A stretch of 64,000 nt of DNA from Succinivibrionaceae bacterium (lineage in GTDB: Bacteria > Pseudomonadota > Gammaproteobacteria > Enterobacterales > Succinivibrionaceae), in assembly GCA_016284235.1 (NCBI GenBank), contig JAEEOK010000046.1, positions 333-64,332 of the forward strand, given 5' to 3'. Numbering within the stretch: position 1 is the first letter of the stretch; each line of letters opens with the position of its first letter. The translations under genes were made by a program, and so were the position numbers. The notes below the pieces were generated by a model that saw only the letters and a list, made by a program, of their open reading frames with translations, did no database searches and was not told the origin of the DNA. This document shows, one piece after another, positions 29,086 to 42,252 of this stretch.

Positions 29086-29469
29086 ATGAAGAAGTTATTT
29101 GCTTTAGTTGCTGCTATGTGTGTTTCTGCATCTGCAATGGCTGATTGGACTTTGACTGAACAGACTGAGGATTCTTATACATTTGATGAGACAACTCTCG
29201 GTGTTCGTATGGTTGCAGGCAAACTTGGCGCTTCCGGATCTGCAGATCTTGCAGAAGTTGCTGCCGGTATTGCTCAGGCTAAGGGCTGCGAAGCTCCAGC
29301 TGCTGTAGAATTCAAGGGTAAGCCAGCTCAGCATATCGTCTGCCCAAACAATGTTCAGGGATTTGTTGTTGATGATGGTGATGATATCCTTATGATTGCT
29401 GGTGCTTGTGATTCACAGGAAAAGTGTGCTGCTATTGACACCCTCCTTGATCAGGTTCTCGGCAAGTAA
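29086..29469 (+). CDS. Small secreted Cys-containing protein of unknown function
   Basis: Has the signal peptide MKKLFALVAAMCVSASAMA. The mature part is about 108 aa with four Cys. It is followed by a good terminator. Confidence 0.6.
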   Translation: MKKLFALVAAMCVSASAMADWTLTEQTEDSYTFDETTLGVRMVAGKLGASGSADLAEVAAGIAQAKGCEAPAAVEFKGKPAQHIVCPNNVQGFVVDDGDDILMIAGACDSQEKCAAIDTLLDQVLGK

Positions 29470-29497
29470 GATTTAATCAAATTTGTTTATGATAAAG

Positions 29498-29525
29498 GCA
29501 TCGCATAATCGCGGTGCTTTTTTTT
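29498..29525 (+). terminator. Rho-independent terminator
   Basis: A GCATCGC/GCGGTGC stem (one G-U pair) followed by TTTTTTTT. Confidence 0.7.
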
Positions 29526-29882
29526 GTCCTTATGATTTCCGGGATTTATGGCAGGGCGCAGTGACCCTGAATAGCAGGGAAGGACCTGTTTCTGAAATTC
29601 CGCATCTGTATGATTCTGTTATCTGTATGAATGTCCCGGAGTTACCCGGCGATACGATTAAATCACGAGCTGATCATGAGCTGTCTTTCAACTCCCTGAC
29701 TGTTCAGACAGAGACTCCCGGCTCAAACGTGCGGCGCGGGGAGTTCTGAATTCTGCTGAGGAAATTCAGTTTTCGAGATCAGAACTGACTTTGAGCTGTC
29801 ACGAAAAACCTGATTACACCCGCAGAGTATGGAATATCATGCTATATTCCGTCAGGAGCACTGTGGGCACTTACAGGCGGAT

Positions 29883-30440
29883 TTAATTCTGCAGGCTTTT
29901 TCTGCGGCGTATGTAAAAAAAGAAATGAATTATCAGTGATACGGCGATGGCGATCAGATAGCCTATAAATATGGCTCTTACCCACCACGGCATTGAAAAT
30001 CCCATAAATGACCATGGAATGTCCCCGCATGTGCCGGTAGGGTTGAAGAATGACGGCAGCCACTGGTCGAGAGGTATCCAGAATCTTTTAGCTTCTATAA
30101 CTGCGTTGCACTGGGCGAAGATGTTTGTTTCAGCATCGATATGTTCAACAGCAATCTGAAGACTCATTACTGAAGCGTATATCCATGCGGGTATTCCGAT
30201 ATATTTGAGAGTCTTTGGATGAATCAGCACAAAAAGACCGATAATGAGTATGGCGGCAAAGCCTGCACGCTCATAAACGCACATCTCGCAGGGCTTAAGA
30301 TCCATTACATACTGGAAATAATATCCGCATACCTCAAATCCGAAGGAAATCAGAACAACACAGAGCCAGTACAGTCTTGTGTTGAGAAGATTTCTGAGAA
30401 AATCGACTGTGAAGTCTTTAATGAAAGCAAACATCTGCAT
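29883..30440 (-). CDS. dsbB: Disulfide bond formation protein DsbB
   Basis: Four TM segments, the first periplasmic loop motif LKPCEMCVYER (CxxC), and a second Cys pair in loop 2 (QCN...TGTC). Confidence 0.8.
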   Translation of the reverse strand: MQMFAFIKDFTVDFLRNLLNTRLYWLCVVLISFGFEVCGYYFQYVMDLKPCEMCVYERAGFAAILIIGLFVLIHPKTLKYIGIPAWIYASVMSLQIAVEHIDAETNIFAQCNAVIEAKRFWIPLDQWLPSFFNPTGTCGDIPWSFMGFSMPWWVRAIFIGYLIAIAVSLIIHFFFYIRRRKSLQN

Positions 30441-30453
30441 ACCCTTTGATTTA

Positions 30454-30855
30454 TTATTCAGTTATAAAGTTCTTCAGAAACAGCTTAAAATCCTCGTCTC
30501 TGACGTTGCTGCTTGTCTGAAATATTACCATTTTCTTTTCTGATACAATGATACCCAGATCCACAGGCACGGCATTTATTATACATCCCTGTACAGATGC
30601 TATTTTGTAATTGCCTTTGATTTCCGCTGAGCAGGTGATTTCACTGAGGATCTTCTTCATGGCATCGACTGCACTTTCCTTTTCACTGTTCGGCATAAGT
30701 GATACAGCGATAAAGGCGGATGACGCTTTGTTTACATACATATGGGTTCCGGGAGCGGAAACCTTAACCTCCTCATAACCGTCCGGGAGTACTATCCCGG
30801 CATATGAAGCCGCGGATATAAGCACAGCCGCCAGAAACAGCATAATTCTATTCAT
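30454..30855 (-). CDS. Small secreted Cys-containing protein, probably co-transcribed with dsbB
   Basis: Has the signal peptide MNRIMLFLAAVLISAASYA. Its size and hydrophobic/Cys spacing pattern are similar to the 29086..29469 product. It ends 14 nt before the dsbB start. Confidence 0.55.
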   Translation of the reverse strand: MNRIMLFLAAVLISAASYAGIVLPDGYEEVKVSAPGTHMYVNKASSAFIAVSLMPNSEKESAVDAMKKILSEITCSAEIKGNYKIASVQGCIINAVPVDLGIIVSEKKMVIFQTSSNVRDEDFKLFLKNFITE

Positions 30856-30955
30856 GATTTTTCCTTAAATAACGGTAGCCTTTCCTGTATTTTGACAAAA
30901 GCACAGCATGAAGACCCGGTTTGAACATATTACCGTGATCCGGTGAAATTATATC

Positions 30956-30984
30956 AAAAAAAAGCCGTCTGTATTTCAGACGGC
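30956..30984 (-). terminator. Rho-independent terminator of nhaB
   Basis: A GCCGTCTG/CAGACGGC stem. On the minus strand it is followed by TTTTTTTT. Confidence 0.8.
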
Positions 30985-31015
30985 CGCTTAATATTATTTT
31001 ATCCGGATGATTGAT

Positions 31016-32590
31016 TTACTTTGACAAAGGTGCATGGTGGATCAGCCACTGATGCTCATACATCCATTCTGTAGCGTCCGGAACAAACCATATAACTGTG
31101 ATGAAGCTTATAATGCACAGGATTATGGTGTAAGGCAGCGCCATCCACATCATTCTGGTATAGGAAAGTCTGATAAGCGGTGACAGTCCCGAGGTAAGCA
31201 GGAACAGGAATGCGGCCTGACCGTTCGGTGTTGCAACGGAAGGAAGATTCGTACCTGCATTGATGGCAATGGCCAGCATATCGAAGTGATCGCGATCAAT
31301 CATGCCCTGGGTGAATGCTGTGAATGTCTCATTTACATAAAGTGAACCGACGAACACATTGTCACTTACCATGGAAAGAATACCGTTGGCGGCGAAAAGC
31401 ATGCCTGTTCTTACGCTGCTGTCCTGGAAACTGAAGACCCAGTCAATAATCGGTGCAAAAAGCTTCTGATCTGCAATAACTCCGATGATGGAGAAGAATA
31501 CGCAAAGCAGAGCGCAGAACGGCAGCGATTCGGTAAAGGCCTTGCCGATTTTGTTTTCCGATATTACACCGCAGAAGGACGTTGCCAGAATAATAACTGT
31601 AAGACCGATGATTCCGACGGCGGCCAGGTGCCATGCAAGACCCACAATCAGCCACAGACAGCACAGCGACTGGACCACAAGTTTTGCGATATCTCCGTCT
31701 TTGAGCTTTTCGTTGTTTTCATCAACCGTCTTCTTGAGGATCTGACGGACGCTGTCAGGCATATCGGTGCCGTATCCGAAAAGTTTGAACTTCTCGACAA
31801 CGAAGCACGCTGCAAGACCGAAAATCAGACATGGAATAGATACCGGCATCATGCGCAGGAAGAATTCTCCGAATCTCCATCCAGCTCTTGCACCGATAAT
31901 CAGATTCTGCGGCTCTCCCACAATGGTGCATACACCGCCAAGTGCCGTACCTACGGCGGCGTGCATAAGTATTGATCTGAGGTATGCTCTGAATTTATTC
32001 AGATCCGCACGGCTTGGCTCATATACCTCTGCATCGTCCGGGCTGTTGGTGTCGCTCTGCGATATGACCTTGTGGTAGATCCTGTAGAATCCCACGCAGA
32101 TTGCTATGAACACCGCAAGTACGGTCAGAGCATCAAGAAACGCCGAAAGAAATGCGCCGGATGCACAGAAAATAAGCGAGCACAGCACTTTTGATCTGAT
32201 GCCTATGATTACCTTCGAGAAAACGAAAAGCAGCAGATCGCGCACAAAATGGATGCCGGCAACCATAAACATAAGCAGCAGGATTACCTCTATGTTCTGG
32301 TTTATTTCATGGAAGACATGATCCGGCGTGGTCATTCCTATGGCAACGGCCTCAAGTGCAAGAAGACCGCCCGGCTGGAGAGGGTAGCATGTCAAAGACA
32401 TGGCCAGAGTGAAAATAAATTCCAGGATCAGCATCCAACCCGCGATAAACGGATCGATGGAGAACATTATGGGGTTTGAAATGAGAAACAGGACAATCAG
32501 GAGTTTGTACCAGATTGGCGCATTTCCCAGAAAATTCTGACAGAAAGCTGTCGCAAAGTTTCGTGAAATTACTACGGACATACAGATCAC
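31016..32590 (-). CDS. nhaB: Na+/H+ antiporter NhaB
   Basis: Contains [23 protein letters not shown] near the N-terminus, as in E. coli NhaB. It is a polytopic protein of about 520 aa. The start may be the Met three codons downstream. Confidence 0.9.
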   Translation of the reverse strand: MICMSVVISRNFATAFCQNFLGNAPIWYKLLIVLFLISNPIMFSIDPFIAGWMLILEFIFTLAMSLTCYPLQPGGLLALEAVAIGMTTPDHVFHEINQNIEVILLLMFMVAGIHFVRDLLLFVFSKVIIGIRSKVLCSLIFCASGAFLSAFLDALTVLAVFIAICVGFYRIYHKVISQSDTNSPDDAEVYEPSRADLNKFRAYLRSILMHAAVGTALGGVCTIVGEPQNLIIGARAGWRFGEFFLRMMPVSIPCLIFGLAACFVVEKFKLFGYGTDMPDSVRQILKKTVDENNEKLKDGDIAKLVVQSLCCLWLIVGLAWHLAAVGIIGLTVIILATSFCGVISENKIGKAFTESLPFCALLCVFFSIIGVIADQKLFAPIIDWVFSFQDSSVRTGMLFAANGILSMVSDNVFVGSLYVNETFTAFTQGMIDRDHFDMLAIAINAGTNLPSVATPNGQAAFLFLLTSGLSPLIRLSYTRMMWMALPYTIILCIISFITVIWFVPDATEWMYEHQWLIHHAPLSK

Positions 32591-32962
32591 TTATCCTATG
32601 GTTGATAACAGCCTCCGGTTTTATACAGAAAATGCACTCTGATCTGCTGCAGAACGGCAGATCAGAATTCTGTAGAAAAACGGCGGGAATAAAAAAACAA
32701 AGGGTATTATAAACCATCGCACAGTTTTATAGAATGCGGAATTTTTAGACAGCGCATGCAGTTTGTGAAGGAAATGCGAAGCAGATCTGAATTGAATGTG
32801 ACGAAGGAATGTGATTATACTGTTTATGCCTGCTTTTTGGGATCAGAAGGAAATCTGCCTTCTGTAAAAATCCTGCGGGATTTTTCAGACGGGTGCAGCA
32901 CAGCCGCGTACCGTATATAATGATGAAACAGTGAATATTACCTTGAGGAAACCGCATCTGCC

Positions 32963-33880
32963 ATGTACCTGTCCGGGAATTTCCGTCTTTTATATTTCTC
33001 TCTTATTCTCCTGATGCATCTTCTTCTCACGGCATCAATCCTTTTTCCCGATGAAAGCCGTCAGGTAAATGATATGGCTTCAGGCGGGATTAAGTCCGGC
33101 TACAGAATAACCTATGCAGGATCAGGAGATATCACACCGCGGCATGAAAACGGGCCGGCTGCAGGTGTTTCTGCGGCGGCGGAGTCTGAAGTTAAAACAG
33201 AGCGGAACACGGCGTCCCGCGAGCATTCATCACAGAAAACCGGGGCTTTGCATGAATCTCAGAACGGTCAGGATCACGCGAAGAAAGACACAGCTGTGAC
33301 GGCTGTTTCATATGCAAAGAGACGTCAGTCTGATGACGGACGCGGCAACCGTCAAACTGTTAAAAAGCCAGAACAGAGCAGTGCGGCGGCGGAGGTCCGG
33401 ACTGCAGAAGGGAGCAGGCTTCATGATAATAAAAAAAACTCTGAACAAAGCGGACGTAAAACATCTGCAGGAGGCGGCAGTCAGTGCAGGGAAACCTCCG
33501 GCTGCCTCTCCGGCACCGGCCGGGAGGTTTTCTCATCAGGATCCATAGCCGGCGGATCCGGGGTGGCCGCAGCGTCTCAGAACAGCGGATCCGGGGCCGG
33601 CGGGGCGGGAGGAGCATTAAGGGATATTTCATCTGTTGAACTGGTTTACCGTCCGAGATTTGTTTATCCGTCCCAGGCAAGACGATTCGGGCGTCAGGGG
33701 CAGGTCACTCTGGTTCTTCATGTTGATTCCTCCGGGAAGGTTGTGAAGGTGGATCTGGAGAAATCGTCAGGGTATGCGGATCTTGATCGTTCCGCATCCG
33801 ATTACGGAGCAGAATTCAGATTCAAAGGGATCTCAGGCGGTTTCAGAGTCAGGGTGCCGGTGCTCTACCGCCTCAGATAG
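32963..33880 (+). CDS. TonB-like energy transducer (N-terminal TM, low-complexity linker, TonB C-terminal domain)
   Basis: Has the TM segment LLYFSLILLMHLLLTASILF. The C-terminus YPSQARRFGRQGQVTLVLHVDSSGKVVKVDLEKSSGYADLDRSA resembles the TonB_C fold motif. Confidence 0.65.
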   Translation: MYLSGNFRLLYFSLILLMHLLLTASILFPDESRQVNDMASGGIKSGYRITYAGSGDITPRHENGPAAGVSAAAESEVKTERNTASREHSSQKTGALHESQNGQDHAKKDTAVTAVSYAKRRQSDDGRGNRQTVKKPEQSSAAAEVRTAEGSRLHDNKKNSEQSGRKTSAGGGSQCRETSGCLSGTGREVFSSGSIAGGSGVAAASQNSGSGAGGAGGALRDISSVELVYRPRFVYPSQARRFGRQGQVTLVLHVDSSGKVVKVDLEKSSGYADLDRSASDYGAEFRFKGISGGFRVRVPVLYRLR

Positions 33881-34138
33881 GCGGATCCCTCCGGCCTTTT
33901 CCGCGGGGTCGGGAAAGGCATCGGACAGATCCGGTGAACAGCACTGATTTATTGTGCAGATCCCGGATGATGAAAAAACTCTGAACCCGGATCTTCATTT
34001 CCGCATCTTCGGCGGAATGCGGAAAATGTAAGTAAGATCCGTGTTTACGCATTGCAGGATGTTCTGTTTCTTTGAAATTAGTGATACTATGAGTACAGTT
34101 TTTGTTCACGGCTCGTTTTCTGCCTGTTGAGGTGTCAT

Positions 34139-34615
34139 ATGAGGGTAGCGGCATTTATTCTGACAGTTGTTCTGTCTCTTTTCTCCTTGAATGTTTCAGC
34201 TGAAACGACAACGTACCGGGATCGTGACGGCAGAGCGCTGGGTACAGCCACCACGAGCGGCAATACCACAACCTACCGGGATCGCGACGGCAGAGTTACG
34301 GGCACTGCTGTCACATCAGGAGGCAGAACCACCTACCGGGATCGCGACGGCAGAGTTACGGGCACGGCTGTTACATCAGGAGGCAGAACCACCTACCGGG
34401 ATCGCGACGGCAGAGCAACGGGCACGGCAACTTATTCCGGCGGCAGAACAACCTACCGTGATCGTGACGGCAGAGCAACGGGTACGGCAACTCACTCAGG
34501 CGGCAGAACAACCTACCGTGATCGTGACGGAAGGACGGTGGGAACATCTGAACATAAGGGGCCCGGCAGAAATTTACCTCCGGATCGCAGACGTGATCAC
34601 CGCCTGAGAAGATAG
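34139..34615 (+). CDS. Secreted protein made of 20-aa TTYRDRDGRxxGTAxxSGGR repeats
   Basis: Has an SD (GAGGTG) plus an ATG at 34139 and the signal peptide MRVAAFILTVVLSLFSLNVSA. About six consecutive 20-aa repeats follow, and the last unit is frame-scrambled. Confidence 0.7.
   Translation: MRVAAFILTVVLSLFSLNVSAETTTYRDRDGRALGTATTSGNTTTYRDRDGRVTGTAVTSGGRTTYRDRDGRVTGTAVTSGGRTTYRDRDGRATGTATYSGGRTTYRDRDGRATGTATHSGGRTTYRDRDGRTVGTSEHKGPGRNLPPDRRRDHRLRR
34201..34600 (+). repeat. 60-bp tandem repeat, about 6.6 copies, inside the repeat-protein gene
   Basis: The units stay in register every 60 nt. 34271..34330 and 34331..34390 differ at two positions. Outer copies are progressively more diverged. Confidence 0.95.
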
Positions 34616-34723
34616 TCTGCCGTATTTTTTGAGGATTTGCGGGTACAGACTGGGAATTTTATGAGCAGTCTGACGCAGCGGACTGTCTGGTTTTTTCCCT
34701 TCGGTTTAAAAAGGAGTTTTTTT

Positions 34724-35131
34724 ATGAAGTTAACCGCACTGATTCTTGCATCTGTTCTTGCTCTGGTATCTTTGGACGCCTCTGCAGGTACAACCACATT
34801 CAGAGATAGCAGCGGCAACGCAACCGGCACGGCGTCAACAAGCGGTAATACAACCACGTTCAGAGATCGAAGCGGCAATGTTACCGGAACTGCAACGCGC
34901 GAAGGCTCCGGCTCCATAGTTTTTCGTGACAGGAGCGGCAATACCACCGGCAGAGCGGAAATTTCCGGAAGCAGGATCACTTTTCGTAATTCCAGCGGAA
35001 ATGTTACAGGTTACGGAGAAATATCTGGCTCGACCGTTATTTACCGTGACAGCAGCGGCAACAGAATCGGAAGTTCGGAGTACAGCGGCGACAATGTAAT
35101 ATTCCGCGATCCGAGCGGAAACAGATGGTAG
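34724..35131 (+). CDS. Secreted protein made of 20-aa T(F/Y)RDxSGNxTG repeats, a paralogue of the upstream gene
   Basis: Has an AAAGGAG SD plus an ATG at 34724 and the signal peptide MKLTALILASVLALVSLDASA. About six diverged 20-aa repeats follow (TTFRDSSGNATGTASTSGNT and so on). Confidence 0.7.
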   Translation: MKLTALILASVLALVSLDASAGTTTFRDSSGNATGTASTSGNTTTFRDRSGNVTGTATREGSGSIVFRDRSGNTTGRAEISGSRITFRNSSGNVTGYGEISGSTVIYRDSSGNRIGSSEYSGDNVIFRDPSGNRW

Positions 35132-35346
35132 GAGAATAAAGACGGACTGATCCGGCTTTTGCCTGCTGATTTCATTTTCCTGTTATTCTGCCGTATCAGT
35201 GTGCAGGGTTGCCGGGCTCTTTGTTTCCCCTAACTTGCTTTTGCAGTTTTATTTGATAAAATACGAACTTGATCACATGTTTCAAAAAAAGGCGGTTTTA
35301 CCGTTCTTTTGAATCTATCTAAAGTCAAATCTGTTGGGAATATTTT

Positions 35347-37137
35347 ATGGTACTAGATTGGATTGCCCAGTTGACCCTGCTGGTAGCAATCATAAGTGTT
35401 TTTGGTATAGTTCTGGGTAAAATAAATATCAAGGGTTTTACTCTTGGTATCGGCGGTGTGCTTTTCGGCGGCATCATAATATCTCATTTTGTAAATTCTT
35501 TCGAACTGGTGGATCTTAATGCTCCAGCTTTTGAAAGTGCCAGGCACTATCTTCAGGAGTTCGGTCTTATCCTGTTCGTTTATGCAATCGGCAATTCCGT
35601 AGGTCCGAGTTTTTTTGCCTCTCTGAAGGCTTCAGGTGCCAAGCTGATTTCTGTTGCTCTGATTGTGATAATCGGCGGTTTCCTTGTAACCTTCGCAATC
35701 TTTGAACTGACTGATGTGACGCTTCCTGAAATTCTCGGTGTCTATTCAGGTGCTGTAACCAATACTCCGGCTCTCGGTGCCGCAAATCAGATGATTTCCG
35801 ACGTGGCGGTTTCAGCTCCTAACGAGGTTAAGGATCTGCTTCTGAACAAGGCGGCTCTCGATGAGTTTCTCGCCGGCAATCCGGATCCTGTTGCACTCTC
35901 CGCAAGACTTCTCCAGACCACCTCGACCCTCGGCGAAGGTTACGCCGTAGCCTATCCGTTCGGTATTCTCGGCATTTTTATCACCCTGATCCTTATGAAG
36001 ATTATATTCAAGGTTGATATCAGTCAGGCAGGCAAGGCTTTTGAAAAATCAAAGATTGCCGCGAAGAAGGGAATTGTGGCGATCAATGTCCGTGTAACCA
36101 ACTCTCACTTTGACGGCAAGATGATTTCCGAGCTTCCTCGTATGGATACCCAGACCATTTCCTGCTCCAGAATGAAGAGAGGCAGCAGTCTTATGGTGCC
36201 TCATCATGATGATGTGGTTAGGGTTGATGATATTCTGCACCTGGTTGGCGCTCCCGGTGCTCTTGAAAATATTGCGGCGGATCTCGGTGAAAAGGTTGAA
36301 ATATCCCTTTCCACCAAGGGTACCGATATGACCAGTTCCCGTGTTATTGTTACCAACAGCAAGGTTATGGGCAAGAAACTCGGCGAACTCGGACTTGACA
36401 GCAAGTATGATGTTGTTGTTTCCCGTTTCACCAGAACCGATGTGGAGCTTGTTCCTGATGACACAATAACTCTGCAGTTCGGCGATATTATCAATGTTGT
36501 AGGTTTGAAGGATGCCGTTGAAGGTGTTGCCCGTGAGCTCGGTGATTCCCACCAGAAACTTCAGCAGGTATATCCTCTGCCGCTGTTTCTCGGTATAGTT
36601 CTCGGTGTTATACTTGGCTCCATTGCAATTCCGGTTCCCGGCATTCCGGCCGCTCTCAAGCTCGGTATCGCAGGCGGTCCTCTTGTTATGGCTATCATCC
36701 TTTCGCGTTTCGGCAGTTCTCTTACCTTCGGCAAGGTCCACTGGTTCATGCCGCGCTCGGCTAATATGGCAATCAAGGAGGTGGGTATTGTTCTGTTCCT
36801 TGCATGTGTGGGTCTCAAGGCCGGCCAGACGTTCTTTGCATCTGTTGCCAGTGCACAGGGTCTGATGTGGATGTTCTACGGTGTGCTTATCACCCTGGTT
36901 CCGCTGATGATTGCGGCATTTGTTGCCATGTTTGTACTTAAGGTCAACTATCTGAGCATGTGCGGCGCGATCTCCGGTGCATGTACCGATCCTCCGGCTC
37001 TTGCCTATTCAAATGCTCTTTATTCAAGTCCTGAGGCAACATCTCTGGGATATGCAACTGTATATCCGTTTACCATGTTCATGCGTATTATGTCACCTCA
37101 GATCTTCGTGGTTCTCGCGATGCTGATACACTGCTGA
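35347..37137 (+). CDS. yidE: YidE/YbjL-family putative transporter (AAE family, with central RCK_C/TrkA_C domains)
   Basis: GIGGVLFGGIIISHFV, LQEFGLILFVYAIGNSVGPSFFASLKASG and GVYSGAVTNTPALGA closely resemble E. coli YidE. It is 596 aa with a duplicated membrane domain. Confidence 0.85.
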   Translation: MVLDWIAQLTLLVAIISVFGIVLGKINIKGFTLGIGGVLFGGIIISHFVNSFELVDLNAPAFESARHYLQEFGLILFVYAIGNSVGPSFFASLKASGAKLISVALIVIIGGFLVTFAIFELTDVTLPEILGVYSGAVTNTPALGAANQMISDVAVSAPNEVKDLLLNKAALDEFLAGNPDPVALSARLLQTTSTLGEGYAVAYPFGILGIFITLILMKIIFKVDISQAGKAFEKSKIAAKKGIVAINVRVTNSHFDGKMISELPRMDTQTISCSRMKRGSSLMVPHHDDVVRVDDILHLVGAPGALENIAADLGEKVEISLSTKGTDMTSSRVIVTNSKVMGKKLGELGLDSKYDVVVSRFTRTDVELVPDDTITLQFGDIINVVGLKDAVEGVARELGDSHQKLQQVYPLPLFLGIVLGVILGSIAIPVPGIPAALKLGIAGGPLVMAIILSRFGSSLTFGKVHWFMPRSANMAIKEVGIVLFLACVGLKAGQTFFASVASAQGLMWMFYGVLITLVPLMIAAFVAMFVLKVNYLSMCGAISGACTDPPALAYSNALYSSPEATSLGYATVYPFTMFMRIMSPQIFVVLAMLIHC

Positions 37138-37166
37138 TATCAGAGCAGGGTATGTGTATGAAAGAG

Positions 37167-37196
37167 GATCCGGTTTTGATGCCGGATCTTTTTTTT
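37167..37196 (+). terminator. Rho-independent terminator after the yidE-like gene
   Basis: A GATCCGG/CCGGATC stem followed by TTTTTTTT. Confidence 0.75.
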
Positions 37197-37514
37197 GCGC
37201 TTCCCTGTGCCGGAATTTTCTCTGCTCCGGGTTTACACCGTTTATTCCGGGACAGCTTTCATCATGCTGTTTTTCAGGTTTACCCCTGAATTCTTTTTTA
37301 AAACTTCGGATCGGTCTGTATTCGGGCTTTTCACTGCTAAAAGAATTTTCTTTGCCGTATCTTTTTTTTATGTATTTCATTTGAACCTGCATGTAAGATT
37401 TCTGTGCGGACTTTCTTATCTTTCGGACAGTTCCGCCCTGCAGATGATCACGGGGAGCATGCTGCGAACTGCAGGTTTTTGACAGATCAGGCTATGCCGC
37501 TGCAGGAGGTGATC

Positions 37515-37601
37515 ATGCGTAAAAGGTTCTCTGTTTTCCTTCTGTCAGCAGTGGTTTCATCTCAGCAGGCTTGGCTGCGGATCCTGGTTTGCCGATGTTG
37601 A
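37515..37601 (+). CDS. Possible 28-aa hydrophobic small peptide (MRKRFSVFLLSAVVSSQQAWLRILVCRC)
   Basis: A strong SD (AGGAGG) lies 5 nt upstream of the ATG. The peptide has a basic N-terminus and a hydrophobic core. It sits in an otherwise ORF-poor gap of about 750 bp and could be a relic signal peptide. Confidence 0.25.
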   Translation: MRKRFSVFLLSAVVSSQQAWLRILVCRC

Positions 37602-37940
37602 CAGGGCTGATATTTTCCACAAGATTTTTGATAAGAAGGTTGAAAGCGCAGCCGCGACACCCGCTTTTTCTGCATGCAGGAGAAACTTTTCCGAATTAAG
37701 CCTCTTAACGGGATGAAGAGAGGCTGATATGCGAAATCCGCTTTTTTTTTATTATCCGGAGTCTGCGGATATGGTAGAATCGTAGAGTTTGAAAGTCAGA
37801 GAATATGCTGTTTTTTATAGATCGTTTCAGCGTTTCTGATTTTGTTCATCTGCAGTGCGGCACTGTATTTCGGGAGTTGTTCACACCGGTTTTGATCATT
37901 GGATCGCTGCTGCAGTGTACATGTAGTCAGGCTTTCAAAA

Positions 37941-41236
<3,296 letters not shown>

Positions 41237-41244
<8 letters not shown>

Positions 41245-41455
41245 GGTTATATATAACGGTGAAGTAAGGGAAACCGGCTGCAGTACTCTGCTGGAACTGC
41301 TGAAGGAGACCGGTGTAGTGAAGGATGATCCCAGGAGTCTTTTCGGGATAGCCGTCGGCGTAAATGATGAGATGGTTCCTAAAAGCAGGCTGGATCAGTA
41401 TATTCTCAGGGAAAATGACAGAATTGAGATTTTTACCATGATTGCAGGAGGTTAG
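41237..41455 (+). CDS. thiS: Sulfur carrier protein ThiS
   Basis: A 72-aa ubiquitin-like protein ending in ..IAGG, between thiE and thiG. Confidence 0.85.
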
Positions 41456-41457
41456 TA

Positions 41458-42249
41458 ATGGATTTGAAGGATCAGAATGCACTTGCAATAGGAAAGTACA
41501 GTTTTTCATCCCGGCTTTTTATGGGAACGGGTAAATTTTCATCGTCAGACGTTATGTGCTCTGCTGTAAAGGCTTCCGGAACTGAACTTGTAACAGTTGC
41601 CGTAAGAAGAGCTAAATTCGGAGGCTATGATGATATTCTTCAGCCTCTTCTTAAAACCGGAGTCAGACTTCTTCCAAATACAGCCGGATCAAGAGTTGCC
41701 AAAGAGGCGGTGTATGCCGCCAATCTTGCCCGGGATGCACTGGAGACAGATCTGATAAAGCTTGAGGTTCATCCCGATCCAAGATATCTTCTTCCGGATC
41801 CCGTGGAGACTCTTCTAGCCGCGCAGGAGCTGGTGAAGCAGGGTTTTACAGTCATGCCGTACTGTCAGGCGGATCCGGTGCTCTGCAAGCGTCTCGAGGA
41901 GGCGGGGTGCGCATGTGTCATGCCACTTGCCGCGCCTATCGGAACCAACAGGGGACTTGTCACCAGGGATATGCTGGAGATAATTCTGGATCAGGCGTCT
42001 GTGCCGGTTGTTGTTGATGCAGGAATAGGAGCTCCGTCTCATGCCGCGGCAGCCATGGAAATGGGTGCCGATGCAGTGCTTGTCAATACGGCAATAGCAG
42101 TTGCAGGGGATCCGGTCTCCATGGCGGGGGCTTTCGCCGATGCCGTGAGGGCAGGCTATGCCGCAGGGAAGGCGGGTCTCGGCAAATCGTCTCTGTATGC
42201 TGTTGCAACATCGGAGGTTGATGATTTTATTGCTCATCTGGAGGATTGA
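41458..42249 (+). CDS. thiG: Thiazole synthase ThiG
   Basis: Contains [22 protein letters not shown] and [13 protein letters not shown] motifs. Confidence 0.95.
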   Translation: MDLKDQNALAIGKYSFSSRLFMGTGKFSSSDVMCSAVKASGTELVTVAVRRAKFGGYDDILQPLLKTGVRLLPNTAGSRVAKEAVYAANLARDALETDLIKLEVHPDPRYLLPDPVETLLAAQELVKQGFTVMPYCQADPVLCKRLEEAGCACVMPLAAPIGTNRGLVTRDMLEIILDQASVPVVVDAGIGAPSHAAAAMEMGADAVLVNTAIAVAGDPVSMAGAFADAVRAGYAAGKAGLGKSSLYAVATSEVDDFIAHLED

Positions 42250-42252
42250 TAA

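Noticed and set aside
34191-34607. 138-aa alternative-frame ORF, and the 34597..34980 minus-strand ORF
   Set aside because: They are shadow frames created by the stop-free 60-bp repeats. The frame with a signal peptide and an SD (34139..34615) is the credible one.
36049-36741. 230-aa ORF on the minus strand, plus neighbours at 36204..36494 and 36561..36818
   Set aside because: They are antisense to the well-conserved yidE-like transporter gene.
37093-37392. 99-aa Lys/Arg-rich ORF on the minus strand
   Set aside because: It runs through the yidE-like terminator hairpin and into the 3' end of that gene. It has no SD or conserved motif.
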